Counted from the stretch's first letter, positions 1 to 9,059 are shown. The stretch is DNA of 64,000 nt from Parcubacteria group bacterium LiPW_41 (GCA_007375535.1 VMEM01000001.1:39462-103461); one strand, 5' to 3'. Notes: generated from the letters alone by a model not told the origin. Translations and numbers: made by a program.

Positions 1-48
1 ATAAGCCATCCTCAGAAACAAGTTTGCCATTTAAAAAATGAATCTGCT

Positions 49-747
49 TCATATTTGCTTATATTTTGAATCAAAGTCCCTTTTACACTTCATTAATCCC
101 CAACTAATAGTTGAATCAAATATCTCGTAAAAGACGTCAATATCCATTTCTCTACTAAAAATATTTGGTGGTAGACTTGGAGTTCCGAGAACGCGCATAT
201 TCCTTTCAACATCTTCTTTTTTTAAATTGTTAACAAAAGCATTATCGCCAATTCCTTGTAATATTAATATATTTCTTGATATACGAAGAAAATATTTTTC
301 AATATATGCGCGCTTGTCTTGCGATGAAAGTGTATTCAGAAAAAAATTTTGCCTGACTATTTGCAATCTTTCAATTGATCGAATTAACATGCTCTGCTCA
401 TACTCAAATCTTGTTACTTCGGAAAATTTCTCTTTAAAGATGTTGATTCCAATAATGCATAACCCATCAGCCAAATATTCAAGCTTAAACTCTCTCGTAA
501 AATACGAAAGATTATTTTCTACCTCGTCTTGTGTATATAAATTAATATCAAGTTTTTTGTGTTTCGTAGCAAGTAATCTAAACAATTCTCTGATATTTTT
601 ATCGATTTTTTCTACAATAACCACCGCATCAAAATCATTCACACTCTCTTTGTTCAAAATAGAACCATAGAGCAAAAAACATTTTATGTTTTTAGCACAA
701 GAAAGACCAGACACCTCTTTCTTTAATTTTTTAGCGACTTCAATCAT
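49..747 (-). CDS. Pol-beta superfamily nucleotidyltransferase, N-terminal NTase domain plus a C-terminal helical domain of unclear affinity
   Basis: Motif GS-x10-DFD (LYGSILNKESVNDFDAVVIV) fits the minimal NTase fold. The start lies 22 bp after the stop of the upstream helicase on the same strand. Confidence 0.6.
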   Translation of the reverse strand: MIEVAKKLKKEVSGLSCAKNIKCFLLYGSILNKESVNDFDAVVIVEKIDKNIRELFRLLATKHKKLDINLYTQDEVENNLSYFTREFKLEYLADGLCIIGINIFKEKFSEVTRFEYEQSMLIRSIERLQIVRQNFFLNTLSSQDKRAYIEKYFLRISRNILILQGIGDNAFVNNLKKEDVERNMRVLGTPSLPPNIFSREMDIDVFYEIFDSTISWGLMKCKRDFDSKYKQI

Positions 748-768
748 TATTGTATCTATATTGACACA

Positions 769-2544
769 TCAAGATAATTCTGGGAATCCCTCTTTTCCAA
801 AAACATAAAGCTTTGAAATTGCGCGCGTAAGTGCAATATATAACCCATCCTTTTTTATTTTCTTTAACTCTTTAACACGTTCCTCGTTTTCACAAATGTG
901 AGCACAGTCAAACATGCTTCTATTAACTCCAATAATACATACCACATCAAATTCCAATCCTTGCGATTGAACAAATGAAAGAATATGGATTCGCCCATCC
1001 TCACCAAATTTTTGCAACAATACATTCAATAATTTTTCATCGGTATAAAGTACCCCAAGCGTCTGCTCTCCCAAATTTTTTATCACACCTTCAAGACGTT
1101 GTATTTGTTCATCTTCCGATCCAAAGAATTCTTCTACCGACTCCCCTATTTCAACATAATCAGGAATATCCATGGAAAAACCAAGATCTTTTATATAATT
1201 TAAAATACTTCCAGTATTTCGATATGTTTTACCAAGTATAAAATTCGCCTCTTCGGGAATAACCTCTTGTATCTCATTCCACGAACGGATAGTGCCGATG
1301 CGAACCTGTTGTGAATAATCCCCAATATACACCATCGCGCTTGTTTTAACGCTTAAAAAACTTTTTAAGATTTTTAATTGCTCAGGAAGATAGTTTTGAA
1401 ACTCATCAACAACAATGAGGGAATACAAGACTTTTAATATTCTTTCTCTATCGTTAATTGAACACTTATTCAGATATGAACCCAACAAAATAGTTAGATC
1501 AAAACGATCAAGAAACCGGGCTCTCTTTTGTTCTAAAAACAGACCATACATTTTTTTTGAAAGATTTTTTTTATAAATTTCTGTAAGTAAGAGAAATGGA
1601 TTTTTTTTATAAACACCGTATTCCCCAAGCCTAAGCACCGAAAGCTTTTCGTATTCAAAGAGATCTTTTTCCTTTTCATTTTTTCCAAATCGATCGATAT
1701 ATTTATATTCCTTTATTTTCAATATATTAAATGCCCAACTAGAAAATGTAGTAATGAGGACATTCCGAATTCCAAGTTCCGGCAAAAGACTTGAGAAATA
1801 TTTCTTTGTGCCAACATCTTGAATAAAAATGACAATTGAATTTCCAGGAAACATTGGCGCAGTATTTGGAGCAAGTGCAAGATACGCAACGCGATGAAAA
1901 GCGAGCGTAGTTTTTCCGGAACCTGCCGGACCAGAGATAAGCGTAGAACACTTGTAATTCGCACGTATAATCGCATCTTGTCGCTTTTCCATTTTTTCTA
2001 CAATCTCAACAAGCGAAAAACTGCTTTTTCTTTTTGTAATTTTTTCCTGATAAATAAGTTGTTTCGGGGTTTCGATAGTTTCACGGGAAAAATATAAAAC
2101 ACGCCCATCAACGATAGTATAGTGCTCAACCGAAAGCATTGATGCCTTTATCATCTCCCCGCTTGGCAATGTATAACTTACATTTCCTGGTGGTTCAAAT
2201 CGAATTGATGCTATTGGAGAAACCCAAGAACTAATACCCTCCTCGATAAAATGAAATTTCGCAAAATAACAAATAAATGGTGCTCCATCATCTATTGTTA
2301 ACTCACATCGAGCAAAATAAAATGACCTATTTAATTCATTCAACTCATCAATACGCTCCCTTCGTTGTTGTCGAATATTAAACTGGACAAGTTGATCACC
2401 AGAACGAAGTTTAAGAATCTCACTGTCTTTCTGGGTTCGGGACTCTACCTTGCTCTTTTCTTCTTGAATTCGCCCACGAATATACTCAACGTGCTCACAA
2501 AGGCGCTTCATTAAAACTTCTTTTTGATCGCTCATAGCTTCCAC
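769..2544 (-). CDS. UvrD/REP superfamily-1 helicase with a ~190-aa N-terminal extension, similar in layout to HelD / DNA helicase IV
   Basis: Walker A GPAGSGKTT, DExx-like VVDEFQNY, and a C-terminal UvrD_C-like motif LYIALTRAISKLYV. No 2B insertion. The N-terminal part appears coiled-coil rich. Confidence 0.65.
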   Translation of the reverse strand: MEAMSDQKEVLMKRLCEHVEYIRGRIQEEKSKVESRTQKDSEILKLRSGDQLVQFNIRQQRRERIDELNELNRSFYFARCELTIDDGAPFICYFAKFHFIEEGISSWVSPIASIRFEPPGNVSYTLPSGEMIKASMLSVEHYTIVDGRVLYFSRETIETPKQLIYQEKITKRKSSFSLVEIVEKMEKRQDAIIRANYKCSTLISGPAGSGKTTLAFHRVAYLALAPNTAPMFPGNSIVIFIQDVGTKKYFSSLLPELGIRNVLITTFSSWAFNILKIKEYKYIDRFGKNEKEKDLFEYEKLSVLRLGEYGVYKKNPFLLLTEIYKKNLSKKMYGLFLEQKRARFLDRFDLTILLGSYLNKCSINDRERILKVLYSLIVVDEFQNYLPEQLKILKSFLSVKTSAMVYIGDYSQQVRIGTIRSWNEIQEVIPEEANFILGKTYRNTGSILNYIKDLGFSMDIPDYVEIGESVEEFFGSEDEQIQRLEGVIKNLGEQTLGVLYTDEKLLNVLLQKFGEDGRIHILSFVQSQGLEFDVVCIIGVNRSMFDCAHICENEERVKELKKIKKDGLYIALTRAISKLYVFGKEGFPELS

Positions 2545-2580
2545 AATTTCAAAATAGTAGCATATATTTTAACATTAAAA

Positions 2581-2610
2581 AACCACCTTTTATTAGGTGG
2601 TTTTTTTTAG
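2581..2610. terminator. Bidirectional intrinsic terminator hairpin (ACCACCT/AGGTGGT) flanked by A and T runs
   Basis: Perfect 7-bp stem with AT flanks, lying between the stop of the 2607-3071 gene and the helicase start. Confidence 0.6.
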
Positions 2611-3071
2611 TACTGAATTGCCTCTAACTCAGTCGCTTCTATTGTTTTTGCGTCTCTGATGTTTGACTTACTTTTCACCGTCACCATCATTCCTGCCTTT
2701 ATTGCATTCACGTCCAACGTCTCTTGTTTCATATTTCCCTTAGAATCAATCGAAGCGGGATACAATGCAGTAATTTTTGTTTCTCCACTAACAAACACTT
2801 CTCGATCTATCTTTTTTGCTGGCGTTCCGTCGGCATGTGGAAGATAGTCACTAAAATCTGCTGTTTCAATAATAAGTCTTGCACCCACCGCCTCTTTTAC
2901 CAACCCCGATACTGCAAAAATTTCTTTTGGTGGTTCTGGAAATACTAAACTTATTACATCACGTAAATTTTTTGTTCCTTTGGTGTTGCCCCAATAATAC
3001 CCCCCTACCGCGCCAACAACCAATCCAATGACGAGTGCAAGAATGATTAAGATGAGAATTTTTTTCTCCAT
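2607..3071 (-). CDS. Hypothetical membrane-anchored protein with an N-terminal TM helix
   Basis: The ORF runs 2607-3113. The likely start is MEKKILILIIL at 3071, followed by a hydrophobic helix. Confidence 0.45.
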   Translation of the reverse strand: MEKKILILIILALVIGLVVGAVGGYYWGNTKGTKNLRDVISLVFPEPPKEIFAVSGLVKEAVGARLIIETADFSDYLPHADGTPAKKIDREVFVSGETKITALYPASIDSKGNMKQETLDVNAIKAGMMVTVKSKSNIRDAKTIEATELEAIQY

Positions 3072-3085
3072 ATGTAAATTATAGC

Positions 3086-3385
3086 AAACGGAGAGAGCGA
3101 AATGAATATGCAAAGTATATTCATTTCCGAACGAAGTGAAGATAAAAGCGAAGCTTTATAGCAAATGGAATGAGGAAATGGACACTATGTGTACATTTCC
3201 GAATGAAATGCAGTTACAAGCAAAGCTTTATAGCAAACGGAGAGAGCGAAATGAATATGCAAAGTATATTCATTTCCGAACGAGTGCAGCTGCACGAAGT
3301 GCTATAGCAAGTGAAGAGAGGAAAATGAATACGAAGAAATTTATTTTCCGAACGAACGTAGCTGCACGAAGTGCTATACACTATT
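3086..3385. repeat. Tandem array of four ~74-bp units, each carrying a GGAAATG...CATTTCC hairpin
   Basis: Units start at about 3086, 3164, 3236 and 3310 and each begins TATAGCAAA. Units 1 and 3 are identical over 56 nt and include GAAATGAATAT-gcaaagt-ATATTCATTTC. Confidence 0.7.
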
Positions 3386-3389
3386 AAAT

Positions 3390-4622
3390 TTATACAATTT
3401 CAAAAAAACGGTGTTTACCAATACGGAGAATATCCCCTTTTTTTGTCGCTATCATTTCCTTCTCATCCTTCTTTTGCTCATCATTTATTTTTATTGCTCC
3501 TTGAATAATGAGACGTCGTGCCTCACCCCTACTCTCAACTCCCGCCTCAATAAGTAAATCAATAAGTGGAAGTGTCTTTGTGATTTTTAATTTTGGCGCA
3601 TCTTCTGGGCGCTCTTTCTTTGAAAACACTCGAACAAACTCTTCACGCGCCTCAGTTGCTGCTTTTGTTGAGTGATACAATTTCACCAATTCTTCTGCAA
3701 CATACAATTTTATATCCCGAGGATTTATTCCTTTCTTTAGTGCAATTTTTATTTCCTCAACATTTTTTTGTGGAATGAGTGTTGCAAGCTCCGCAATTGG
3801 AACAATAAGTTCGTCAGGTGCTGCCATCATCTTTCCAAACATCGCAGTTGGAACATCATCAAGATTGATAAGCGTCCCTTCGGTTTTACTCATTTTCTTT
3901 CCTGTTGCAGGATCTTCGAGTAAACGATTAGTGATAACAAATTTTTCTTTATTTCGATATATTCGCTGTACGTCACGTCCTACAAGCATATTAAATGTTT
4001 GATCAGTGCCACCAATTTCCAAATCAACATCCATTGCATATGAATCGTATCCTTGCATTAATGGATAAAAAAATTCATGCAAATGAATTGGCTTCCCTGC
4101 TTGCAAACGCTCCTGAAACATACTCCGTTCAATCATTTGTTGAACGGTGAAATGAGAAGAAAATTCTATAACCTCTTCAAATGTTAATTTTGATAACCAC
4201 TTTGCATTGAATTTTACCTGTGCTGCATTTTGACCAGAAAACCGCAACACTTTTGATGCTTGAGTTTTAAATGTTTTTAAATTTTCTTTTACTTGCGCAC
4301 TAGTGAGTGAAACGCGTGCAGCGAGCTTGTCAGTTGGATCTCCGATTCTTCCAGTAAAATCACCAAAAAGTACAAACACCTCATGTCCTAAATCCTGAAA
4401 CCTGCGGAGCATAATTAAATTCTCTGCATGTCCTAAATGTAAATGTGGACTCGTTGGGTCAATTCCTAAATACAAACGAATCTTTTTTCCTGAAAATAAC
4501 ACTTTCTCGAGTGCTCCCCTTGTTGGATATATTGAGTCAACTGAACGGGTAAGCAATTCTTCAATTGCTGACTTATCCGTTGATACTTTTACAACGCCTT
4601 TCATATCTACCCATACTATCAC
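3390..4622 (-). CDS. tyrS: Tyrosyl-tRNA synthetase
   Basis: HIGH-type motif HLGH, KMSKT motif (KKMSKTEGT), and a C-terminal S4-like domain. Confidence 0.9.
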   Translation of the reverse strand: MIVWVDMKGVVKVSTDKSAIEELLTRSVDSIYPTRGALEKVLFSGKKIRLYLGIDPTSPHLHLGHAENLIMLRRFQDLGHEVFVLFGDFTGRIGDPTDKLAARVSLTSAQVKENLKTFKTQASKVLRFSGQNAAQVKFNAKWLSKLTFEEVIEFSSHFTVQQMIERSMFQERLQAGKPIHLHEFFYPLMQGYDSYAMDVDLEIGGTDQTFNMLVGRDVQRIYRNKEKFVITNRLLEDPATGKKMSKTEGTLINLDDVPTAMFGKMMAAPDELIVPIAELATLIPQKNVEEIKIALKKGINPRDIKLYVAEELVKLYHSTKAATEAREEFVRVFSKKERPEDAPKLKITKTLPLIDLLIEAGVESRGEARRLIIQGAIKINDEQKKDEKEMIATKKGDILRIGKHRFFEIV

Positions 4623-4635
4623 GCTTTTTTGATTA

Positions 4636-4668
4636 AAAAAATCCCGCTTACTGCGAGATTTTTTAATC
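4636..4668 (-). terminator. Hairpin plus U-run downstream of clpP
   Basis: AATCCCGC ttact GCGAGATT followed by a T-run. Confidence 0.4.
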
Positions 4669-4695
4669 CTAAACTCTAGTTACTAAATCCTATTT

Positions 4696-5280
4696 CTATT
4701 TTTTTGTTTTTATAATCTCATCCACAATCCCATACCGCTTTGCCTCGTCAGCGCTCAACCAGAAATCACGGTCAGCATCTTCCTCAATTTTTTCATATTT
4801 CTGTCCCGTGTGTTTTGCGAGAATCTGATTGATTCGCTCCTTGATACGCAAGATATGCTTTGCAGAAATTTCAATGTCTGATGCCTGCCCCTCTACTCCA
4901 CTCATTGGCTGATGAATCATTATTTCAGAATTTGGTAATGCAAATCGTTTTCCTTTTGCTCCCGCCGCAAGAAGCACAGACCCCATTGATGCCGCAATCC
5001 CCACACAAATAGTTGAAACAGGTGATTTCACGTGTTGCATCGTGTCATAAATCGCAAGCCCCGCATGCACTGATCCCCCAGGAGTATTGAGATAAAACTG
5101 AATTTCTTTTTTTGGATCTTCATGATCAAGAAAAAGGAACTGTGCAATAACACTGTTTGCTACCGTGTCATCAATCGGCCCACCTAAGAAGACAATGCGC
5201 TCTTTTAAAAGACGAGAGTAAATATCATAGGCGCGCTCGCCATAATTTGATTTTTCAATAACTGTCGGAATTAAGTTCAT
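4696..5280 (-). CDS. clpP: ATP-dependent Clp protease proteolytic subunit
   Basis: Full-length similarity to ClpP, including [18 protein letters not shown] and IMIHQP. Confidence 0.9.
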   Translation of the reverse strand: MNLIPTVIEKSNYGERAYDIYSRLLKERIVFLGGPIDDTVANSVIAQFLFLDHEDPKKEIQFYLNTPGGSVHAGLAIYDTMQHVKSPVSTICVGIAASMGSVLLAAGAKGKRFALPNSEIMIHQPMSGVEGQASDIEISAKHILRIKERINQILAKHTGQKYEKIEEDADRDFWLSADEAKRYGIVDEIIKTKK

Positions 5281-5296
5281 ATGAGCACTATATAAA

Positions 5297-5332
5297 AAAA
5301 CAGCCCAATATTCAAATTGGGCTGTTTTTTAC
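5297..5332 (-). terminator. Intrinsic terminator (CAGCCCAAT/ATTGGGCTG)
   Basis: Perfect 9-bp stem plus a T-run after the 5329-5940 gene. Confidence 0.6.
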
Positions 5333-5940
5333 TCAATTATCATTGTGCCAATCTCTCCCGCGTCCTCATGTCCTGGAAGATCACATCGAAACACAAATTC
5401 CCCCTTTCGGACCGCATAAAACTGAATTCCTCTTGATTCGTTAGGGCCCAAACTGATATTAACCGGGGAAAACAACTGGTCTTTAAATGCAAAGGAATGT
5501 GACTTTTTCCCACTATTTTCAAGTACAAACACCACCTGTTCCCCCTCTTTCACTGAAAATATTTTTGGAGAAAAACCTTTTTCATTAACCGTCATTTTTA
5601 CTACTCCATTTGGCAACTCTCCTTTTGGTAATGGAACCGAAGCTTGTGGTTGAGGAATATTTGTTGGATATGTTTGTATAGGCTCTCCATCTGAGGTTGG
5701 AGGAACATATGAATTTACTTCTTCCGAATTGTTTCCACTAATAAGGGCCTTAATTGGTGCAAAAAATGACAAATCAAACAAACTCTTTTTTTCCGTTGTT
5801 TGAGTTGATGAAAAATCTTTATTCTTTATTTTTGTAAGTTTGTCTTTGGGTACTACCGCAATAATGCTAAAAAACACAACACCAATAACAATGAGTCCGA
5901 CAAAAAGCAAAGTAATAATAAAACGAACTACATTTTGCAT
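5329..5940 (-). CDS. Hypothetical membrane-anchored protein, possibly with a cupredoxin-like C-terminal domain
   Basis: N-terminal TM helix. The C-terminal C-x4-H-x9-M spacing (FRCDLPGHEDAGEIGTM) is weakly type-1-copper-like. Confidence 0.4.
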   Translation of the reverse strand: MQNVVRFIITLLFVGLIVIGVVFFSIIAVVPKDKLTKIKNKDFSSTQTTEKKSLFDLSFFAPIKALISGNNSEEVNSYVPPTSDGEPIQTYPTNIPQPQASVPLPKGELPNGVVKMTVNEKGFSPKIFSVKEGEQVVFVLENSGKKSHSFAFKDQLFSPVNISLGPNESRGIQFYAVRKGEFVFRCDLPGHEDAGEIGTMIIE

Positions 5941-5997
5941 ACTATGTTTATTCTAACAAAATACACAATAACAAACTAATTTAATCTATTATTGTGT

Positions 5998-6267
5998 GCG
6001 CTCGGATACCCTTCGAGTCCTAAAATACAAATACAAAAAATCGCTCTTCGAGCGATATTTTGTATTTGTGCCCTCGTGAGGACTTTCCTCACCCGTCGCT
6101 TTCGCTCCTCCTTTGGAATCCTGGGTTCCTCGCTTCCGCTCATCCTCGACAAGCTCGGATTCGCTTTTCGCATTCGCGCGCTCGGATACCCTTCGAGTCC
6201 TAAAAATACAAATACAAAAAATCGCTCTTCGAGCGATATTTTGTATTTGTGCCCTCGTGAGGACTCG
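5998..6267 (-). repeat. tRNA-Arg trailer element, containing two 87-bp near-identical direct repeats
   Basis: The direct repeats are at 5998-6084 and 6178-6267. Each carries the last 17 nt of tRNA-Arg, a hairpin ACAAATACAAAA…TTTTGTATTTGT and an antisense T-arm (AGGACTCGAAGG). The 93-bp GC-rich spacer contains GAGCGAAAGCGACGG. Confidence 0.8.
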
Positions 6268-6321
6268 AACCTCAATTACGAGATCCGCAATCTCGCGTCC
6301 TATCCATTGAACGACGAGGGC
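6250..6321 (-). tRNA. tRNA-Arg, anticodon GCG as read
   Basis: Hand-folded cloverleaf with acceptor GCCCTCG/CGAGGGC, T-loop GGTTCGAGTCC and anticodon loop TTGCGGA. No encoded CCA. Confidence 0.75.
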
Positions 6322-6342
6322 GTAACATACACTTGTATGTTG

Positions 6343-6413
6343 TGCGGGCAAGGAGAATCGAACTCCTGTCTCAACCTTGGCAAGGTCGTGTTCTACCACT
6401 AAACCATGCCCGC
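6343..6413 (-). tRNA. tRNA-Gly(GCC)
   Basis: Cloverleaf with acceptor GCGGGCA/TGCCCGC, anticodon loop TTGCCAA and T-loop TTCGATT. Confidence 0.8.
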
Positions 6414-6458
6414 AAAACTATTTCTATTTAACACTAGAATACAAAAAAAATCCAGTTT

Positions 6459-6620
6459 TTATTGGGTAGGAGGTGGGCCGTACGGACCACGAACCGATGG
6501 TGGCCCAACTGGCCCCTTAAATGTCGTTTTTGGCTCCTCTGTTTTTTTAAAAACTGATGAAAAAATAAATAAAAGTATTATGCAAATACAAACAATAATC
6601 AAAAAAATAATTTTCTTCAT
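6459..6620 (-). CDS. Small secreted peptide with a signal peptide and a Gly/Pro-rich collagen-like tail (speculative)
   Basis: MKKIIFLIIVCICIILLFIFSSVF followed by KGPVGPPSVRGPYGPPPTQ. The competing plus-strand ORF overlaps tRNA-Gly. Confidence 0.3.
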   Translation of the reverse strand: MKKIIFLIIVCICIILLFIFSSVFKKTEEPKTTFKGPVGPPSVRGPYGPPPTQ

Positions 6621-6624
6621 ACAC

Positions 6625-7107
6625 TTAAAAACCAATAAAGTCTGCGAGAATACTCCCTGCAGTTTCTTCGTGTTCAATTTCAGGAAGATATTCCGCAAGA
6701 TATGGGCGAACTGACTTTAGTGTTATAACATCGATAGGGATATGAATATGTGGTTTTGTGTTTCCTCTCTGATGAATCACCAATTCATGGAGTTGGTTCA
6801 TACGCTCTCGAACAGAAAATGCAATAAGTTTTTCATATGGATATATTTTCTTTCCGATCCAAAGTCCTTGTTTATCCAAACGAAATTCATAAATAATAGG
6901 ACGTCGACGAGAAAAAGAAAAAAGTAAACCAGTTGCAGTAAGAATAAAAACAGCAAATAAAAAGTTTTTTTGCCACAAAGAAACAACAAAGAAGACGATT
7001 GCGACGAGACTGATGATAACATACCATCCAATTTCCTTTTCGCGATGTTCGTGTTCAGCGGCGCGCCACAACAATTCTTTTCGTTCTACTTTTTGTACTG
7101 GCTCCAT
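6625..7107 (-). CDS. Hypothetical membrane protein with 2 TM helices
   Basis: 160-aa ORF with two hydrophobic helices. No recognisable motif. Confidence 0.5.
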   Translation of the reverse strand: MEPVQKVERKELLWRAAEHEHREKEIGWYVIISLVAIVFFVVSLWQKNFLFAVFILTATGLLFSFSRRRPIIYEFRLDKQGLWIGKKIYPYEKLIAFSVRERMNQLHELVIHQRGNTKPHIHIPIDVITLKSVRPYLAEYLPEIEHEETAGSILADFIGF

Positions 7108-7124
7108 AATATATTTATTATAGT

Positions 7125-7156
7125 ATAAACCGCACAGTAATGTGCGGTTTATTTTG
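7125..7156. terminator. Hairpin AAACCGCACA/TGTGCGGTTT in the tRNA-Cys trailer
   Basis: Perfect 10-bp stem with a GTAA loop. Confidence 0.5.
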
Positions 7157-7228
<72 letters not shown>

Positions 7229-7242
7229 ATTATTATACTTTT

Positions 7243-7551
7243 TTATTTCGAATCTTCAGACTTCTCTGGTTCTACAATTTCAAATTTCAAATATGGCATC
7301 GGCTTTATATTGAGCTTTTTTAGGAGTTTAAACCTAATATCACTCGCCGCTCTTGAAACTATTTTATATACCTCCAAACTCTTTTCATACGGAATGATAC
7401 CAAGCTTTACATTCGCATGCAATAAATCCTTTTCAACTTCAGTCTCCATTATTGTTACTAAGGCTCCCTCAAAATTAAAATCACGAGAAAACATTTTTCC
7501 CAATTCTTCCGTGATTAATGACGATAGTTTTAGATCTCTAAATGGCCGCAT
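7243..7551 (-). CDS. rbfA: Ribosome-binding factor A
   Basis: RbfA-like sequence lying downstream of infB, as in the conserved gene order. Confidence 0.8.
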   Translation of the reverse strand: MRPFRDLKLSSLITEELGKMFSRDFNFEGALVTIMETEVEKDLLHANVKLGIIPYEKSLEVYKIVSRAASDIRFKLLKKLNIKPMPYLKFEIVEPEKSEDSK

Positions 7552-7568
7552 ATTTTGAATTAAATAAA

Positions 7569-9038
7569 TTAGTCTAGAAACACTAGATGATTTCCAATTC
7601 GTATATCTGATTCACACTCTACAAGCATTCCCACCTCCATGTCCTTCTCTGCTTCTGCAACATCCTTTTTATTTGATTGAAGATTGAGAATTCTTCCCTC
7701 TCCCGTTTTTCTCGTTCCATGCCACACTTCAAATGATTCATTTCTCAATATTGGACCACACAACACTTTTCCACCAATCACTCGCTCTTTTCCTTTTGGT
7801 TGTCCAAACACTCCAAGAATTTCAAGTGTTCTCTTTTCTTTTTCAATTGCGGTTTTTGCATATTCAGTAAGTGCATCAACAAGTTCATAAATAATATCTG
7901 AAGTAATAATATTTATTTTTTTTGTCTCACGCATGTTTTGAGCTGCTTTATCAATTTTTGTGTGAAACCCAATGATAGTTGCTTTCATCCCCTCTGCATC
8001 CTTTGTATCATTTTCAGTAATTGAACCAACAGAAGCTTTTATAATAATAATCGGAAGTGTAGTAACAAGTGATTCAATAGTATCTTTTAATACCTCAAGC
8101 GATCCAAGCTCATCTGCTTTCAAGAACAACGGAACCCTTTTTGATACATCATCTTCTGCAATCAAACTTTTTGTCACCTCGTGCTGTTCTCGTTCAAATT
8201 GTTCTAATGATGTACGGAGTACTTTCTCGTCTCTATGTGCACAAAATACCTCACCCACTTTTGGAGAATTTTCAAATCCAAATACAATTGCCGGTGCACT
8301 TGGAATTATTTCTTTTGCAGTTTTTCCTAAATAGTTTTCAAGTATTTTTACTTTTCCAATTGCAGTATGGGTTGCAATCATAGCTCCTTGCTCAAGTGAT
8401 CCATTTTTTACAATTACACTCGTCATCACACCACGTTTCGCATCCGATTTTACCGAAATGACAACGCCTGACGAAACATGATCTCCCGTACAATGGATAT
8501 CTTCAAGTTCTGATGCAAGAAGTAAAAGATCAAGTAGATCGGAAACACCCTCCCCTGTTTTTGCAGAAATTGCATGCCATGAAACATCCCCTCCTCGTCC
8601 CTCAAGATACACCCCTAATTGCATTAAATCATTAATTGCTTTATCAATATCTGCACCAGGTTTATCTATTTTGTTTATAGCAACAACAAATGGAACTTTT
8701 TCAGCAAGAATATATTTCAATGCATCTTTTGTTTGTGGTTTTACGCCATCATCTGCTGCTACAACTAAAATTGCTAAATCAGCAACACGTGCTCCACGAG
8801 CGCGCATCTTTGAAAATGCTTCATGTCCTGGTGTATCAATAAAAGTTATTTTTTGTCCCGCGTGTTCAATTTCGTATGCACCGATTGATTGAGTAATTCC
8901 TCCCGCCTCACGAAGTGCAACATTGGTACTTCGAATATAATCAAGTAATGTTGTTTTTCCATGATCAACATGACCCATAATAACCGCTATTGGCGGTCTT
9001 CGTTCTGGATTTTTTTGTTCTACTTTTTTGGGGGTCAT
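7569..9038 (-). CDS. infB: Translation initiation factor IF-2, short form without the long N-terminal region
   Basis: G-domain motif GHVDHGKTTLLD and a full IF-2 C-terminal domain architecture. Confidence 0.9.
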   Translation of the reverse strand: MTPKKVEQKNPERRPPIAVIMGHVDHGKTTLLDYIRSTNVALREAGGITQSIGAYEIEHAGQKITFIDTPGHEAFSKMRARGARVADLAILVVAADDGVKPQTKDALKYILAEKVPFVVAINKIDKPGADIDKAINDLMQLGVYLEGRGGDVSWHAISAKTGEGVSDLLDLLLLASELEDIHCTGDHVSSGVVISVKSDAKRGVMTSVIVKNGSLEQGAMIATHTAIGKVKILENYLGKTAKEIIPSAPAIVFGFENSPKVGEVFCAHRDEKVLRTSLEQFEREQHEVTKSLIAEDDVSKRVPLFLKADELGSLEVLKDTIESLVTTLPIIIIKASVGSITENDTKDAEGMKATIIGFHTKIDKAAQNMRETKKINIITSDIIYELVDALTEYAKTAIEKEKRTLEILGVFGQPKGKERVIGGKVLCGPILRNESFEVWHGTRKTGEGRILNLQSNKKDVAEAEKDMEVGMLVECESDIRIGNHLVFLD

Positions 9039-9059
9039 AATAATGGGAAAATACCTTCG

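Noticed and set aside
3086-3385. Possible CRISPR array
   Set aside because: The units are ~74 bp, the conserved parts are imperfect, the variable parts are not unique spacer-like segments of constant length, and no cas genes are nearby. It fits a tandem hairpin repeat better.
3136-3387. ORF 3136-3387(+), 83 aa
   Set aside because: It lies entirely within the tandem hairpin array. Its amino-acid repeats simply mirror the DNA repeats.
4623-4695. T-box leader upstream of tyrS
   Set aside because: Only ~70 nt separate clpP and tyrS. There is no specifier or antiterminator architecture, only a simple hairpin.
5976-6402. ORF-track ORFs 5976-6275(-), 5989-6399(-), 5992-6402(+) and 6113-6310(+)
   Set aside because: They overlap tRNA-Arg, tRNA-Gly and the 87-bp direct repeats and are mutually overlapping on both strands. 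They are artefacts of repeat and tRNA sequence.
6406-6714. ORF 6406-6714(+), 102 aa
   Set aside because: Its start lies inside tRNA-Gly and it overlaps a more plausible minus-strand small secreted-peptide ORF. Low-complexity composition.
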